Shown here: positions 1 to 11,258 of the stretch, piece after piece
Layout: each line of letters begins with the position of its first letter
How positions within the stretch are numbered: position 1 is the stretch's first letter
DNA from: Octopus sinensis
Lineage: Eukaryota
Reading direction: 5' to 3'
Assembly (NCBI RefSeq): GCF_006345805.1
Contig: NC_042997.1
Coordinates: 131,130,001 to 131,194,000 of the forward strand
DNA: 64,000 bases
Translations under genes and position numbers: made by a program
The notes under the pieces: generated by a model
Seen by the model: only the letters and a program-made list of their open reading frames with translations
The model's database searches: none
What the model was told of the DNA's origin: nothing

Positions 1-118
1 TGAAGATAAAGCTTTTAGTGGAATTCTTATGACTAGTGCATTAAAAATTTTCAAATTAATTTGTCTTTTTCTGTTTGCATAAGATGCACTCGTACACATA
101 TACCTATAGGTATGTAAT

Positions 119-463
119 GTATGTATATGCACACACACACACACACAATATATATATGTATATATATGTATAAATACATATATATACATATATGTATTTA
201 TACACACACACACACACACATACATACATACACAATGCACACACATATGTACACACATATGCACAATTAGTGACTTGAATACTGAGAATAGAGTCGAATT
301 TATTGTGAAGTTTGAATGACTAGGACTTAATATATATACACGTGTGAGTATGTATATATAAATATATGCATGTGTAATATATGTATATATATATATATAT
401 GTTTGCTTGTTGTCTACACCACCTGTCTTCGTCTTTTGTTTTTTTTTGTGAATTCTGCCCCAG

Positions 464-522
<59 letters not shown>

Positions 523-751
523 ATATATATAGTATATGTATATAAATTTATATAAATAAGGATAAGATCATTATTTAAATATTGAACTTATCAAGTGGCC
601 AGCATAGGAATAAAAACCTTCAATGGTAATAATTATTATTAAAATCATAATTTAGGGTTTCTAAATTATAAATTGAAATAGCAGCCAAAACTTGACTCTA
701 AAACCACATTAAAATTTTATTTATACACACACACACATATATATATATATA

Positions 752-806
<55 letters not shown>

Positions 807-840
807 CGAGAGAGAAGAGAGAGAGAGAGAGAGAGAAGAG
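119..840. repeat. Compound (TA)n/(CA)n/(GA)n microsatellite tracts
   Basis: Direct dinucleotide runs at about 119-260, 330-555 and 725-840; they generate the YIYI/LSLS ORFs. Confidence 0.95.
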
Positions 841-844
841 AGAT

Positions 845-1390
845 ATCACCATCATTATCATTTAATATCCACTCTCCATGCTGGCATGGCTTGGCCAGTT
901 TGACTGGAGCTGATAAGCCAGAGAGCAGCACCAGGTTCCAGTCTGATTTGGCATGGTTTCTATTGTTGGATGCCCTTCCTAATGCCAACCCCAACAGGAG
1001 TGTAATGGATACTTTTACATGCCACTGGCATGGGTGCTATTTACATGATACCAGCACAGCCACTACTATGATTTTATTTGGCCTGATGAGTCTTCTCACT
1101 CACAGCATATCGCCAGAGGTCTCAGTTTTTAGTCATTGCCTCCGTGAGGTCCAATATTTGAAGATCATGCTTCACCACCTTGTCCATGTCTTTCTGCGTC
1201 TATCTCTTTCACTGGTCCCAGCCACAGTTAGAGATTGGCACTTCTTTACAAAGCTGTCCTTGTCCATATGCATCTCATGACCATACTAGCATAGTTTCTC
1301 TCTCTTGCACACCATATCTGATGTTTCTTCTGCCCAACTTTTCTCTCAAGATGCTATCTTGTAGACCAGGATATTTCATGCTTACAGCAT
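845..1390 (-). mobile_element. 3' end of RTE-clade LINE with 3' UTR (family C tail)
   Basis: Minus strand gives degenerate ...ERKLC*YGHEMHMDKDSFVKKCQSLTVAGTSERDRRRKTW..., the typical RTE ORF2 C-terminus. It is followed by the AGGAAGGGCATCC motif and a (GAT)n-like tail. Confidence 0.75.
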
Positions 1391-1499
1391 AAATAGTAGG
1401 TTTGGAAAACTAACTAATAGAAAGGAATTAGTTTTCGAGTTTACACCTTCTCTCTCTCTCTCTCTCTCGGAGAGGCACAAGCATCTACACACACATATT

Positions 1500-1640
1500 C
1501 ACACACGGCAGTAACTTACGCCTACCAAATTCAATCACAAAGCTTCAGTCGGCTCGGGGCTATAGTAGAAGACACCTGCCCAAAGTGCCACACGGTGGGA
1601 CTGAACCCGAAACCATGTAGCTAGGAAGCAAGCTCCCTAG
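1500..1640 (-). mobile_element. SINE family B, 5' part
   Basis: Reverse complement of the GGTTCAGTCCCAC...CTTTGGGCAGGTGTCTTCTACTATAGCC head seen in the full copies. Confidence 0.75.
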
Positions 1641-1644
1641 ACTG

Positions 1645-1895
1645 ACTCCTGTGCAGGTGGCACGTAAAAAACACCATTTCGAGCGTGGCCGTTGCCAGTA
1701 CTGCCAGACTGGCCCTCATGCAGGTGGCATGTAAAAGCACCCACTACACTCTCAGAGTAGTTGGCGTTAGGAAGGGCATCCAGCTGTAGAAACTCTGCCA
1801 GATCAGATTGGAGCCTGGCACAGCCGTCTGGTTCACCAGTCCTCAGTCAAATCGTCTCACATGGAAAGCAGACGTTAAAGGATGATGATGATGAT
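1645..1895 (+). mobile_element. Family C repeat (RTE-tail SINE with hairpin modules)
   Basis: GGTGGCACGTAAAA modules, then GGCGTTAGGAAGGGCATCCAGCTGTAGAAAC...GACGTTAAA and (GAT)n. Confidence 0.85.
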
Positions 1896-2116
1896 GAAGA
1901 CTCATAATCTTATTGGGCATGATTAAGCAAGGTTTAAATGCTAAAAGATTAAGTAATTTAACTGCTGTCTTGATTTACACAATGACATTTTGATTACATT
2001 CAAAGTTATATCAGTATTGTTGCATTCATGTCCTGCCAGTTTCAATATAAAAGAGGTAGCATATTTTGGATAGATATGATCGATTTGAATGCTAAAACAA
2101 TTAAAATATTCTTATA

Positions 2117-2520
2117 GGTACAGGAGTGGCTGTGTGGTAAGTAGCTTGCTTACTAACCACATGGTTCTGGGTTCAGTCCCACTGCATGGCACCTTGGGCA
2201 AGTGTCTTCTACTATAGCCTTGAGCCGAGCAAAACCTTGTGAGTGGATTTGGTAGACGGAAATTGAAAGAAGTCCGTCGTATATATGTATATGTATATAT
2301 GTGTGTGTGTGTGTGTGTTTGTGTTTGTCCCCTCCAACATCGCATGACAACCGATGCTGGTGTGTTTGCATCCCCGTAACTTAGCGGTTCAGCAAATGAG
2401 ACCAATAGAATAAGTACTAGGCTTACAAAGAATAAGTCTTGGGGTCGATTTGCTCGACTAAAAGCGGTGCTCCAGCATGGCCACAGTGAAATTACTGAAA
2501 CAAGTAAAAGAGTAAAGAGT
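2117..2520 (+). mobile_element. SINE family B, full length
   Basis: GGAGTGGCTGTGTGGTAAG head, GGTTCAGTCCC B-box-like motif, CCTTGGGCAAGT core, internal (TA)/(TG) tract, end GAAACAAGTAAAAGAGTAAAGAG; many near-identical copies in the window. Confidence 0.9.
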
Positions 2521-2572
2521 ATAAGTTGTCTCCTGTGATCTGTATACTTGTTTATTTTGAAATCCCATTTAG

Positions 2573-2678
2573 TCTCATGTAACTTCGTGTGTTTTCATCC
2601 AAAATGGAGATGAATACCAACATTTCCATATGGTACACTTGAACAATTGCAAAGATCTTTCTTTACATGAGAATGTTG
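2573..2678 (+). CDS. Candidate exon 1 of unidentified host gene (SHVTSCVFIQNGDEYQHFHMVHLNNCKDLSLHENV)
   Basis: TTTAG acceptor, G|GTAAAC donor, only one open frame, ends in phase 1 matching the next candidate exon. Confidence 0.5.
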
Positions 2679-3342
2679 GTAAACTTAATCCACAAATAAA
2701 ATATATGTATAGTCTGATGCAGATTTCCAGCTTGTCAACCCTGGTCAAACCATTCAACCCATGCCAGCATGGGTTAGCTTATCATCATTTAACAGATGTT
2801 AAATGATGATGATGATGATAATGACGATGAGATATGTGTGTGTTTGTGTTTAATACCACCACTATTTGACTAGTGTTGGTTTCTTTATGTCCTTGTAAAG
2901 TGGTGGCTCAGAGACTCAAGACTCATAAAATATGAACCAGATTGGGAATGATTTATTTGGCTAAATTCTTCAAGACAGTGCCTTAACATGGCTGCAGTTC
3001 AATGAGTGAAACAAATAAAAGAGAAAAGATTATTTAATTATTATCAATTGTTATGTTTAAATATAAATTTTAATTTTTATCATACAGGTTTTTAAGTACA
3101 ATTTGTAAGTTGATCATAGTTCTGTTTCTTGTGTCTTGTTCAGTTGTGTAAAGCAGCTTTATATCAAATTATGATTATTTGTATGTGTTAATTGTGCTAT
3201 GTTCATGATATGTATACCATGTATTAACAATTGGTTTGTATATTTCCCAAAAGTATATAATTTTTCACTAAAGCTCTTTCATACCATCAGAAGTAGTGAT
3301 CCCACTTTGGGTGTCAAAACCACAATGATTTCTGTTTGGTAG

Positions 3343-3418
3343 CTAATGAAGAATACTCTCCATTTGAGTTGACTTTAATTTTTTCTGAAATTATGTCTTC
3401 GCTTGCTGTTAATACCAG
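3343..3418 (+). CDS. Candidate exon 2 (ANEEYSPFELTLIFSEIMSSLAVNT)
   Basis: TTTGGTAG acceptor, AG|GTGGTT donor, phase 1 to phase 2, open frame. Confidence 0.5.
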
Positions 3419-3932
3419 GTGGTTTGTTTGATTTTTTGTTTCAGTGTGTTTTATAGGGATTATATAAGTTCTTAGATCATTTCTGATCCTTGGTTGAGTT
3501 AAATTTAGGGTTACTCTTTTACTTGTTTCAGTCATGTGACTGTGGTCATGCTGGAGCACCACCTTAAAAACATAAAGGCAAACGAAATACAGTTAAGCAT
3601 TTCACCCAGCGCATTAACATTTCTGCTATCTCGCCACCTTAGATAAAATTTTGTTCATGCAGTCTGTAAATAATTATTGTTTAGCATGGTCAAATTGCCA
3701 TTATAAGGGGAACATGAAGTATGTGTGTGTATGTATGTATGTATGTATGTATGTATGTATGTATGTATGTATGTGTGTATGGATGTATGTAGGTAGGTAG
3801 ATATGTATATGTATAAATCCAAAAAACAGAATAAGAACGTAATGGATGACAATAAAAACATATGGACAGAGAGACAATACAAAGACGGATAGAAAGAACC
3901 AGGACAGAACATTTGTGGCTTTCTTTCATCAG

Positions 3933-3991
3933 TCAAGCTTCCAATCATCATTACAGTTTCATCCTGTTACACTTGAGACTGTTCAAAATTG
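3933..3991 (+). CDS. Candidate exon 3 (SQASNHHYSFILLHLRLFKI)
   Basis: TTTCTTTCATCAG acceptor, G|GTAGGC donor, phase 2 to phase 1, compatible with neighbours. Confidence 0.5.
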
Positions 3992-4699
3992 GTAGGCCCC
4001 AAAAATCTAAGCTAAGGGCATTAAATTTTTGGAAGAAAGCAAGCTAATATGTGTGACAACACAGACAAAAAAAAAAAAAAGAAAATGGAGAAAATATTAC
4101 ATGATTACAAATACAAACAACAAAAACAACAGGTGTCTTTCGACTAATAAGACAAGTTAAATTGAGCTGGCATGTTAAGTGGAAGCCTTAGGGCACGAGG
4201 ATAGATGAAAGTCAGGACACAAGAAAATAAGGTGTTGTGTGGGCGGTGGTCACACCAAGAAAGAAAGATTGGGCTTGGCCGTATGCATGTATGTGTATGT
4301 GGATGGATGGATGGATAGATGGATAGATGCATGTATGGTATGTTTATTTGAATGTACATATGTATGCAGGTACACATGAATGTATGTAGGTGTGCATGTA
4401 TCCATGTATGAATGTAACTGGTTCAAAGGATCATTGTTAGGCCAATGAGAATAAAGAACTCAAACGTGAGAAATTTGAGAGTCAAGATATTTAAGCCATA
4501 ACTGTGAGTCTAACAAAATATATTTTGTTGGACTCACAGTTACAGATTAAATACATGAGCGCGCACACACACACACACATGTATTTATTTATGTTCTATG
4601 TTTGAATTGCTTAAATGCATGTATGTGTGACAGAGAATATGGTGTGATGAAGATATCAGTGTGTTTATATATATATTTTTTGGGGGTGTCTTTTTTCTT

Positions 4700-4745
4700 T
4701 TCACACACACACACACACATACACTCACATACACACATACACTCT

Positions 4746-4802
<57 letters not shown>

Positions 4803-4900
4803 TTCCTTTTCACTACTTGGACTTCAAAAGTGTATGTATGTATGTATGTATGTATGTATGTATGAATGTATGTATGTATGTACGTATGTGTGTGTGTGTG
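4700..4900. repeat. (CA)n and (ATGT)n microsatellites
   Basis: Direct repeats visible. Confidence 0.95.
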
Positions 4901-4945
4901 TACCCTTTCATTTGACTGCTTAGACTTCAAAGGTCAATTGTATAG

Positions 4946-5046
4946 TCTCTGACCATCATCTGAACAGACTAGTCGACATAATGTCACTTGATGAACCAAT
5001 TCAGCAGTATAAGAATTATTTTATTAATCTGCCATTAGTATTGTCC
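4946..5046 (+). CDS. Candidate exon 4 (VSDHHLNRLVDIMSLDEPIQQYKNYFINLPLVLS)
   Basis: TATAG acceptor, GTAGGT donor, phase 1 to phase 0, non-repetitive open frame. Confidence 0.5.
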
Positions 5047-5289
5047 GTAGGTCACTTCTGTTGACCTTTGTTGAAAGAAATACAAAAGTTCTGGCTTTAT
5101 AATTTTTTAACTAAACATTTTATTCATTTTACTTTATTACCTTTTTTTTTGCACTTCTTCTGATCTTATATCGTTTGCTTTCAGCACGAAATATATTTGA
5201 TTCAGTTAACTGAATCATAGTATGACATCATCGTCTTCATTTGAAATCTGTCTTCCATACTGGCAAAGGTTAAATGGTTTGACCATAGT

Positions 5290-5900
5290 TGGTAAGTCAG
5301 AGAGCTGCACCAGACACTAGTCATCTGTTCTGGCTTGGTTTCTACGGCTGGATGCCCTTCCTAATGCTAACCAGTTTACAGAGTATACTGGGGTGGAGGC
5401 ACATGGCCTAGTGGTTTCTATGGCTGGATGCCCTACCTAATGCCAACCAGTTTACAGAGTATACTGGGGTGGAGGCACATGGCCTAGTAGTCGAGGGATC
5501 GCGAGTTCGAATCTCAGACTGGGTGATGTGTGTGTTTATGAACGAAGCACCTAAGCTCCACATGGCTCTGGTAGAAGGTAATGGTAAGCCTCTGCTGACT
5601 CTTTTGCCACAACTTTCTCTCACTCTTTCCTCCTGCATCTTGCAGCTCACCTGCGACGGACCGGCATCCCATCCAGGTGGGGAACCTATACACCAAGGAA
5701 ACCGGGAAACTGCCCTATGCTCCACAAGGGGCAAAAAGGATTAAGAAGAAGAGAAGAGTATACTGGTGCTTTTTACATGTTACTTGCATGGGTACTTTTT
5801 ATGTGTCCCTGGCACAGGAGCCTTTTACTTGTCATCAACACAGGTTCTCTTTACATGGCACCAGCAACTTAGCTATATGGACAGCTTGCAATACATTTCT
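5290..5900 (-). mobile_element. Family C repeat interrupted by a SINE D insertion
   Basis: GCTGGATGCCCTTCCTAATG to the left of the insertion and GTGCTTTTTACATG to the right. Confidence 0.75.
5468..5754 (+). mobile_element. tRNA-derived SINE family D with 12-bp TSD
   Basis: GGAGGCACATGGCCTAGT head, GGTTCGAATC-like B box (GAGTTCGAATC); AGAGTATACTGG at 5456-5467 and 5755-5766. Confidence 0.85.
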
Positions 5901-6299
5901 CATCTCTTTAAAGAAAAACTCCTATCCATAAACATTAGAATTTACCGTATTTGATGGCATAAAAGACACAGGGGTGTATTAAACATACCTCAATTTCAGT
6001 AGCACACGAGAAAAAATGTTTTTAGTGCATTAAAGCTTATTGGAGGCCCAACTTCTTATATAGAGTCTGGGATGACCTTTTGGTAGAAGCAAAGCATCTT
6101 ATATGCCATCAAATCTGGGACATCTCATAGGACACAAATTCTGGCTTGGCTTGGATTGCCTGTATTCTGTCCACTGCAGGATGAAGACCTCAGCATGTTC
6201 TTTTCATTAATCACAGTCTGATGTGGAGGCTATAAATTTGAGCTTGAGACCATAGTAGTTAGATGATCCTACTCTGCTTCAATGGCCCACTATGGCTTG

Positions 6300-6515
6300 G
6301 CAGAGGGTGCAGTTTTTATACTCATACCCAAGAGTAGTAAAGTCAATTACATTGGCCCCTGTGCCCAACTACTACTTATTTGATCAACCCTGAATGGTTG
6401 AAAGGCGAAGTTGACTTTGGCGGAATCTGAACTCAGAACATAAGGACAGATGAAATACTATGAAATATTGCTAAGCATTTCACCCAGGTTGCTAACAATT
6501 CTGCCAGCTTACTGA
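6300..6515 (-). mobile_element. SINE family A (degenerate)
   Basis: AAAGGCGAAGTTGACTTTGGCGGAATCTGAACTCAGAAC...CTGCCAGCT matches the reverse complement of family A. Confidence 0.75.
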
Positions 6516-6859
6516 CACAAACTTATTAAATGAAATTAAAATGTATTGTTGTTGTTTGGTCTTCATTAAGATGTCATCTGCTCAAAAGCCTTCTAACTGT
6601 GAGCATTATAAGGCAGCGAGCTGGTAGAAATGTTTGCACTCTGGGCGAAATGCTTAGCATAGAACTGATTTACCTTGTGCTCCTGTTTATTATTATTTTT
6701 GTTGTTATTGTTTTGTTTTGTTGTTTACTACAATTTTTTTCTTACTCCATATTTAATTTGTGATTATATTTCTAATACTCCATGACATGAATATGTAAAC
6801 ACTAACTTAATTATTGTTGTTATGTAACATATATGTTCAGAAGCATTCCAGCCTCCAAG

Positions 6860-7352
6860 GATGATGCCAGAGCCGCCTGACTGGCTCCCATGCTGGTGGC
6901 ATGCAATAAACACCATTCATGCATGGGTCATTGCCAGTGCTGCCTGACTAGCTCCCTGTACCAGTGGAATATAAAAAGCACCATCTGAACATGGTCGATG
7001 CCAGCCCCCTTGCTCTGACTGGCTCCTGTGCTGGTGGCACATAAAAAGCACAATCCGAACATGGCCGATGCCAGTGCCACCTGACTGGCTCCCATGCTGG
7101 TGGCACATAAAAAGCACCATCCAAACATGGTTGATGCCAGCCCCCTCATCCCAAGTGACTCCTGTGCCGGTGGCACATAAAAAGCACCCACCACACTCTT
7201 GGAATGGTTGGCATTAGGAAGGACATCCAGCTGTAGAAACATTACCAGTTCAGATTGGAGCCTGGTGTGACCTCCTGGCTTGCCAGACCCCAATTAAACT
7301 GTCCAACCCATGCCAGCATGGAAAACGGACGTTAAACGATGATGATGATGAG
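6860..7352 (+). mobile_element. Family C repeat with about 6 tandem hairpin modules
   Basis: Repeated TGCTGGTGGCACATAAAAAGCACC units of about 60-65 bp, then RTE-type tail and (GAT)n. Confidence 0.85.
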
Positions 7353-7493
7353 GAGGATTATCTAATGTGTCCTTTCATTATTTAAGTGTAATATGAGTAA
7401 AATTTGTTTATTTTTTTCTAGTAGGTCAAGCAACCTTTGTAGTTTCATGATTGTCTACAGTTTTTCCTGCAGATGGCATACCCTGGCATTTAA

Positions 7494-7686
7494 CCCCTTA
7501 GCATTCAGATTACTCCATCAAATATAGTACTTATTCAGATTGTTTTCAATAGATCATGTCTTATCTTGTAGCTTCAAGATGTGATAGCTTATTTTCAGAA
7601 TGACATTGTAATGTAGGTGAGAAAGACCAGATCTAGTCCATATGAACATAAAGCAGGGCCTGATATGGCCATTTTAAGCTAAAGGG
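7494..7686. mobile_element. piggyBac-type MITE
   Basis: TTAA|CCCCTTAGC ... GCTAAAGGG|TTAA: TTAA TSD and short TIRs. Confidence 0.75.
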
Positions 7687-8406
7687 TTAAACAAAATTCT
7701 GTTCCTGCACCAACCAATGTACGATATTGTGCATTTACTTAGGGCTTTTTTATTACCATTTCAGTGAACACGATGAAACTTATGCTTCCCTGATGAGGTC
7801 AGAATAAGGCATTAGAAATATTATATCATCATCATCATCACCTCCTGAACATTACTGCCTCAAATTCTAAGATTTATAGAGTCAGTTATCTGGTTTCCAT
7901 TGCACAACATTCCTCTTCATTGAGACATCAGTCTGTCAGAGAGTTATTCATTTACAGTTGAGTGGGGCTCGAGCATGGATGTCCTTCCTAACACCAACCA
8001 CTCAGCAGAGTGGACTTAGTACTTTTTACGTGGTAAAAGCATAGGCGAGGTCAGTTGTGGTAAAGTTTTTATAGCTGGATGCCCTTCCAAACACCAGCCA
8101 CTCTACAGTGTGGACTAGGTACTTTTAAGTGGCACCTGCACTGACAGGGCCACCAAGTACTTGCAAAACAAAAAGGAAAAAAAATTATCACTTCACATGG
8201 ATTATTACTTGGTAAATAAGCAAGATATAGTTTATTTTTTGAAAGAGTTGTTTTTACAACTAAGTGCAGGCATGGCTGTGTGGTTAAGAATTTCTCTTCC
8301 CAGCTGTGTGGTTTTGGGTTCAGTCTTGGTGCCAGTCAAAGCATTGAGGGTAGAGTCAGTTGACAGAAAATGAAAAGCCTATCATCATCAACAATATCTG
8401 TTGTTA

Positions 8407-8880
8407 ACCTCCTCCTCCCCATCCTTCTCCTCTTCCTCCTCCTCCTCCACCCATCCTCCTCCTCCACCCATCCTCCTCTTCCTCCTCCTCCACCCATCCT
8501 CCTCCTCCACCCATCCTCCTCTTCCTCCTCCTCCACCCATCCTCTTCCTCCTCCTCCACCCATCCTCTTCCTCCTCCTCCACCCATCCTCTTCCTCCTCC
8601 TCCACCCATCATCTTCTTCTTCCTCCTCCTCCTCCCCATCCTCTTCCTCTTCCGCATCCTCCTCCTCCTCCACTCTTCCTCTTCCTCCTCCCCATCCTCT
8701 TCCTCTTCCTCCCCCATCCTCTTCCTCCCCCATCCTCTTCCTCTTCCTCCCCCATCCTCCCCCATCCTCTTCCTCCTCCTCCTCCCCCCATCCTCTTTCT
8801 CATCCCCTCTTCATCCTCCCCTCCCCCTCCCCATCCTCTTTCTCCTCCGCGTCCCTTCCCCCTTCTCCCCCACCCCTCCT
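8407..8880. repeat. Polypyrimidine (CCT/CAT/CTT)n low-complexity tract
   Basis: About 470 bp nearly free of G on the + strand; source of the poly-P/S/E ORFs. Confidence 0.95.
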
Positions 8881-9492
8881 TATTTAATGTTGATGTTCCA
8901 TGTGTGCACAGGTTGGATGGTTTGACTGGATTTGATGAGTCCAAGGACTGCATTGTAATCTATTGTCTGCTGCTTTGGCATGGATACCCTTCCTAAAACC
9001 AACTAAACAGCATGTACTGGTGAGGTAGGTTGTTACACTACATGTAGGGTGAGGTGGCTTTATGGAAGAAGATGAAGGATTAAAATATGAATGAATGGGG
9101 AAGGATGGAACATGTTTCTTGTTTTAGAGATGTGACATGACTACTCCATTTTAGAAGAGAGGGTGAGAATGATCAGAAGGGGCTGCAGAGAAATAAATGG
9201 GAGTGACAAAGTGTCCAGGTAACCATACTGATATTTTGCATCAACCACACCTTCACACTTGTTCACCACTCACTGCATTCACTTTTACTCATGTCTATAA
9301 CTATCTGTTACTCTCTTATGAAATTATTTACCTTCTTCTTCCACTGTCCCTAATCCACTGTCTATATTCTCTCTAAAGATCACCTTCTTGTACCTTGAGA
9401 GTTTGCTCTGACATCTCGCCACCAGCATCTTTATCTTCTTTCCAGCTGCTCCTACCTACTCTTATATAATGTTGGCTTGCCACATATCTCCT

Positions 9493-9722
9493 ATGTGGAG
9501 GCACATGGCCTACTGGTTAGAGCAGCGGACTCGCGGTCAAGGGATCGCGGGTTCGAATCTCAGACCGGGCGATGTGTGTGTTTATGAGCGAAAGCACCTT
9601 AGCTCCATGTGGCTCCGGCAGAAGGTAATGGCAAATAGGTGGGGAACCTATACGCCAAGAAACCAGGAAACCGGCCCTTATGAGCCAGGCATGGCTCGAG
9701 AAGGAACAAACCAAACAAACAA
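9493..9722 (+). mobile_element. SINE family D, internally deleted
   Basis: TGGCCTACTGGTTAGAGC A-box, GGGTTCGAATCTC B-box; body matches the 5468 copy. Confidence 0.85.
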
Positions 9723-9724
9723 CA

Positions 9725-9925
9725 AAAGTGCCTATGCTGGTGCCATATAAAAGCACCCAGTACACTCTGTAAAGTGGTTGACATTAAGAAGGGCATCCAG
9801 CAGTAGAAACCATGCCAAAACAGACAAATGGAGCTCATGCAGCTCTTCCAGCTGACCAGCTCCTGTCAAACCATCCAACCCATGCCAGCATGGAAAATGG
9901 ACATTAAACGATGCTGGTGATCGTC
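9725..9925 (+). mobile_element. Family C repeat
   Basis: AAGAAGGGCATCCAGC...CATGCCAGCATGGAAAATGGACATTAAACGATG. Confidence 0.8.
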
Positions 9926-10857
9926 ATCATATAATAGGCTACTATAATACAGAATGCTGTTACTACATGACATATTGTTACAAGAAATGTGCCACATGAT
10001 AACATTTATCATTCGTATCACAGGATAATTTAAATGTTTCTCTCAAGTCAGATTGTAAAGTTAGTTGGTTTTCAGCTTAGAAAATGTTGCTGCAACACTT
10101 AATGCAATCAGTAGCATTCTGACCTTTAAGTTTTGCAGTATTTTGCTATCCTGCATTCAAATACTGATGAGTGAAGTCGTTTCTAACAGCTAAGCCACCT
10201 GCCATTCCACATTAAAAAAAACAACAACATTATTTCATCAAATGTCTAAATGTCTGGGATGAATTGTTGTTAGACAATTATTTTTTCTGGAGATTTTTAA
10301 TTGAATTAACTACAATTTAAGAGAAGATAAAGGCTCTGACTTTAAATCCTGTTAGGTACAAGATAGGTGCATGGCCTTATACTGATTTCTTTACTACCCA
10401 CAAGGGGCTAAACACAGAGAGGACAAACAAGGACAGACAAACGGATTAAGTCAATTATATCGATATAAGATATCTCTCAGACAGCCATACTCCCAACTCA
10501 TGCAGGTAGAGAAATAATAATGAATCCACCCGGCTTTGATCAACTATATATGCGTTTCTGGTTTAAAGAAATGTAAAATTTTATTTTTACTCACTTATTT
10601 CTGTCTTCAGTATATTATTTCAATTATAAATTTGAGGGTACTAATAATCAAAATATGTATTTGACCAAGCGCCATCGAATAGCTTATGTCCAAAAACCAG
10701 TACTTCTGAATTTATACAGATGAGTGACAACATGCATTCTTCCCCAATGATCCACATGTGCTATGAGTAATCCCCCAGAAACTGCAGTTTATTATCAGGG
10801 AGCGAATTATATTATCAATAATTATTATTATTACTGATATATATACATACATATATA

Positions 10858-10893
<36 letters not shown>

Positions 10894-10895
10894 TG

Positions 10896-10995
10896 NNNNN
10901 NNNNNNNNNNNNNNNNNNNNNNNNNNNNNNNNNNNNNNNNNNNNNNNNNNNNNNNNNNNNNNNNNNNNNNNNNNNNNNNNNNNNNNNNNNNNNNN
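10896..10995. other. Assembly gap (100 N)
   Basis: Run of N after an (ATGT)n tract. Confidence 1.
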
Positions 10996-11118
10996 TCATC
11001 CTTTCGGGGTCGATAAATTAAGTACCAGTTACGCACTGGGGTCGATGTAATCGACTTAATCCCTTTGTCTGTCCTTGTTCGTCCCTTCTATGTTTAGCCC
11101 CTTGTGGGCAGTAAAGAA
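10996..11118 (+). mobile_element. SINE family A, 3' half
   Basis: TCATCCTTTCGGGGTCGATAAATTAAGTACCAG...GGGCAGTAAAGAAATA. Confidence 0.9.
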
Positions 11119-11135
11119 ATATATATATATATATA

Positions 11136-11212
11136 CTTTATTTAAAGCAGCAGAAAATTCAACAAAATCTGTTACTCTGAGTTTCTCGTTGCCGTTCATC
11201 AGACAGTTTTTG

Positions 11213-11213
<1 letters not shown>
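11136..11213 (-). mobile_element. About 78-bp HHR-bearing mini element embedded in (TA)n
   Basis: Unique segment flanked on both sides by (TA)n and consisting mainly of a hammerhead fold. Confidence 0.6.
11169..11206 (-). ncRNA. Minimal type I hammerhead ribozyme
   Basis: CUGU-CUGAUGA-A(CG-GCAA-CG)A-GAAA-CUCAGAG-UA-ACAG: intact core, near-palindromic stem III, GUA site, stem I CUGU/ACAG. Confidence 0.75.
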
Positions 11214-11251
<38 letters not shown>

Positions 11252-11258
11252 TATATTA

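Noticed and set aside
1825-1850. Minus-strand CTGAGGA followed by a CTGG/CCAG hairpin in the family C tail
   Set aside because: No GAAA or stem III after the hairpin.
5185-5268. Strong acceptor plus downstream GT resembling an internal exon
   Set aside because: All three frames hit stops; it could only be a terminal or non-coding exon and is unsupported.
7785-7825. CTGATGA...GAAATATT possible hammerhead
   Set aside because: No convincing stem I or stem II pairing.
8370-8996. 208-aa proline/serine-rich ORF
   Set aside because: Open on several frames and both strands because the tract lacks stop codons; low-complexity DNA.
9493-9570. tRNA-like sequence with A and B boxes
   Set aside because: No acceptor stem; it continues into a multicopy SINE body, so it is a SINE head and not a tRNA gene.
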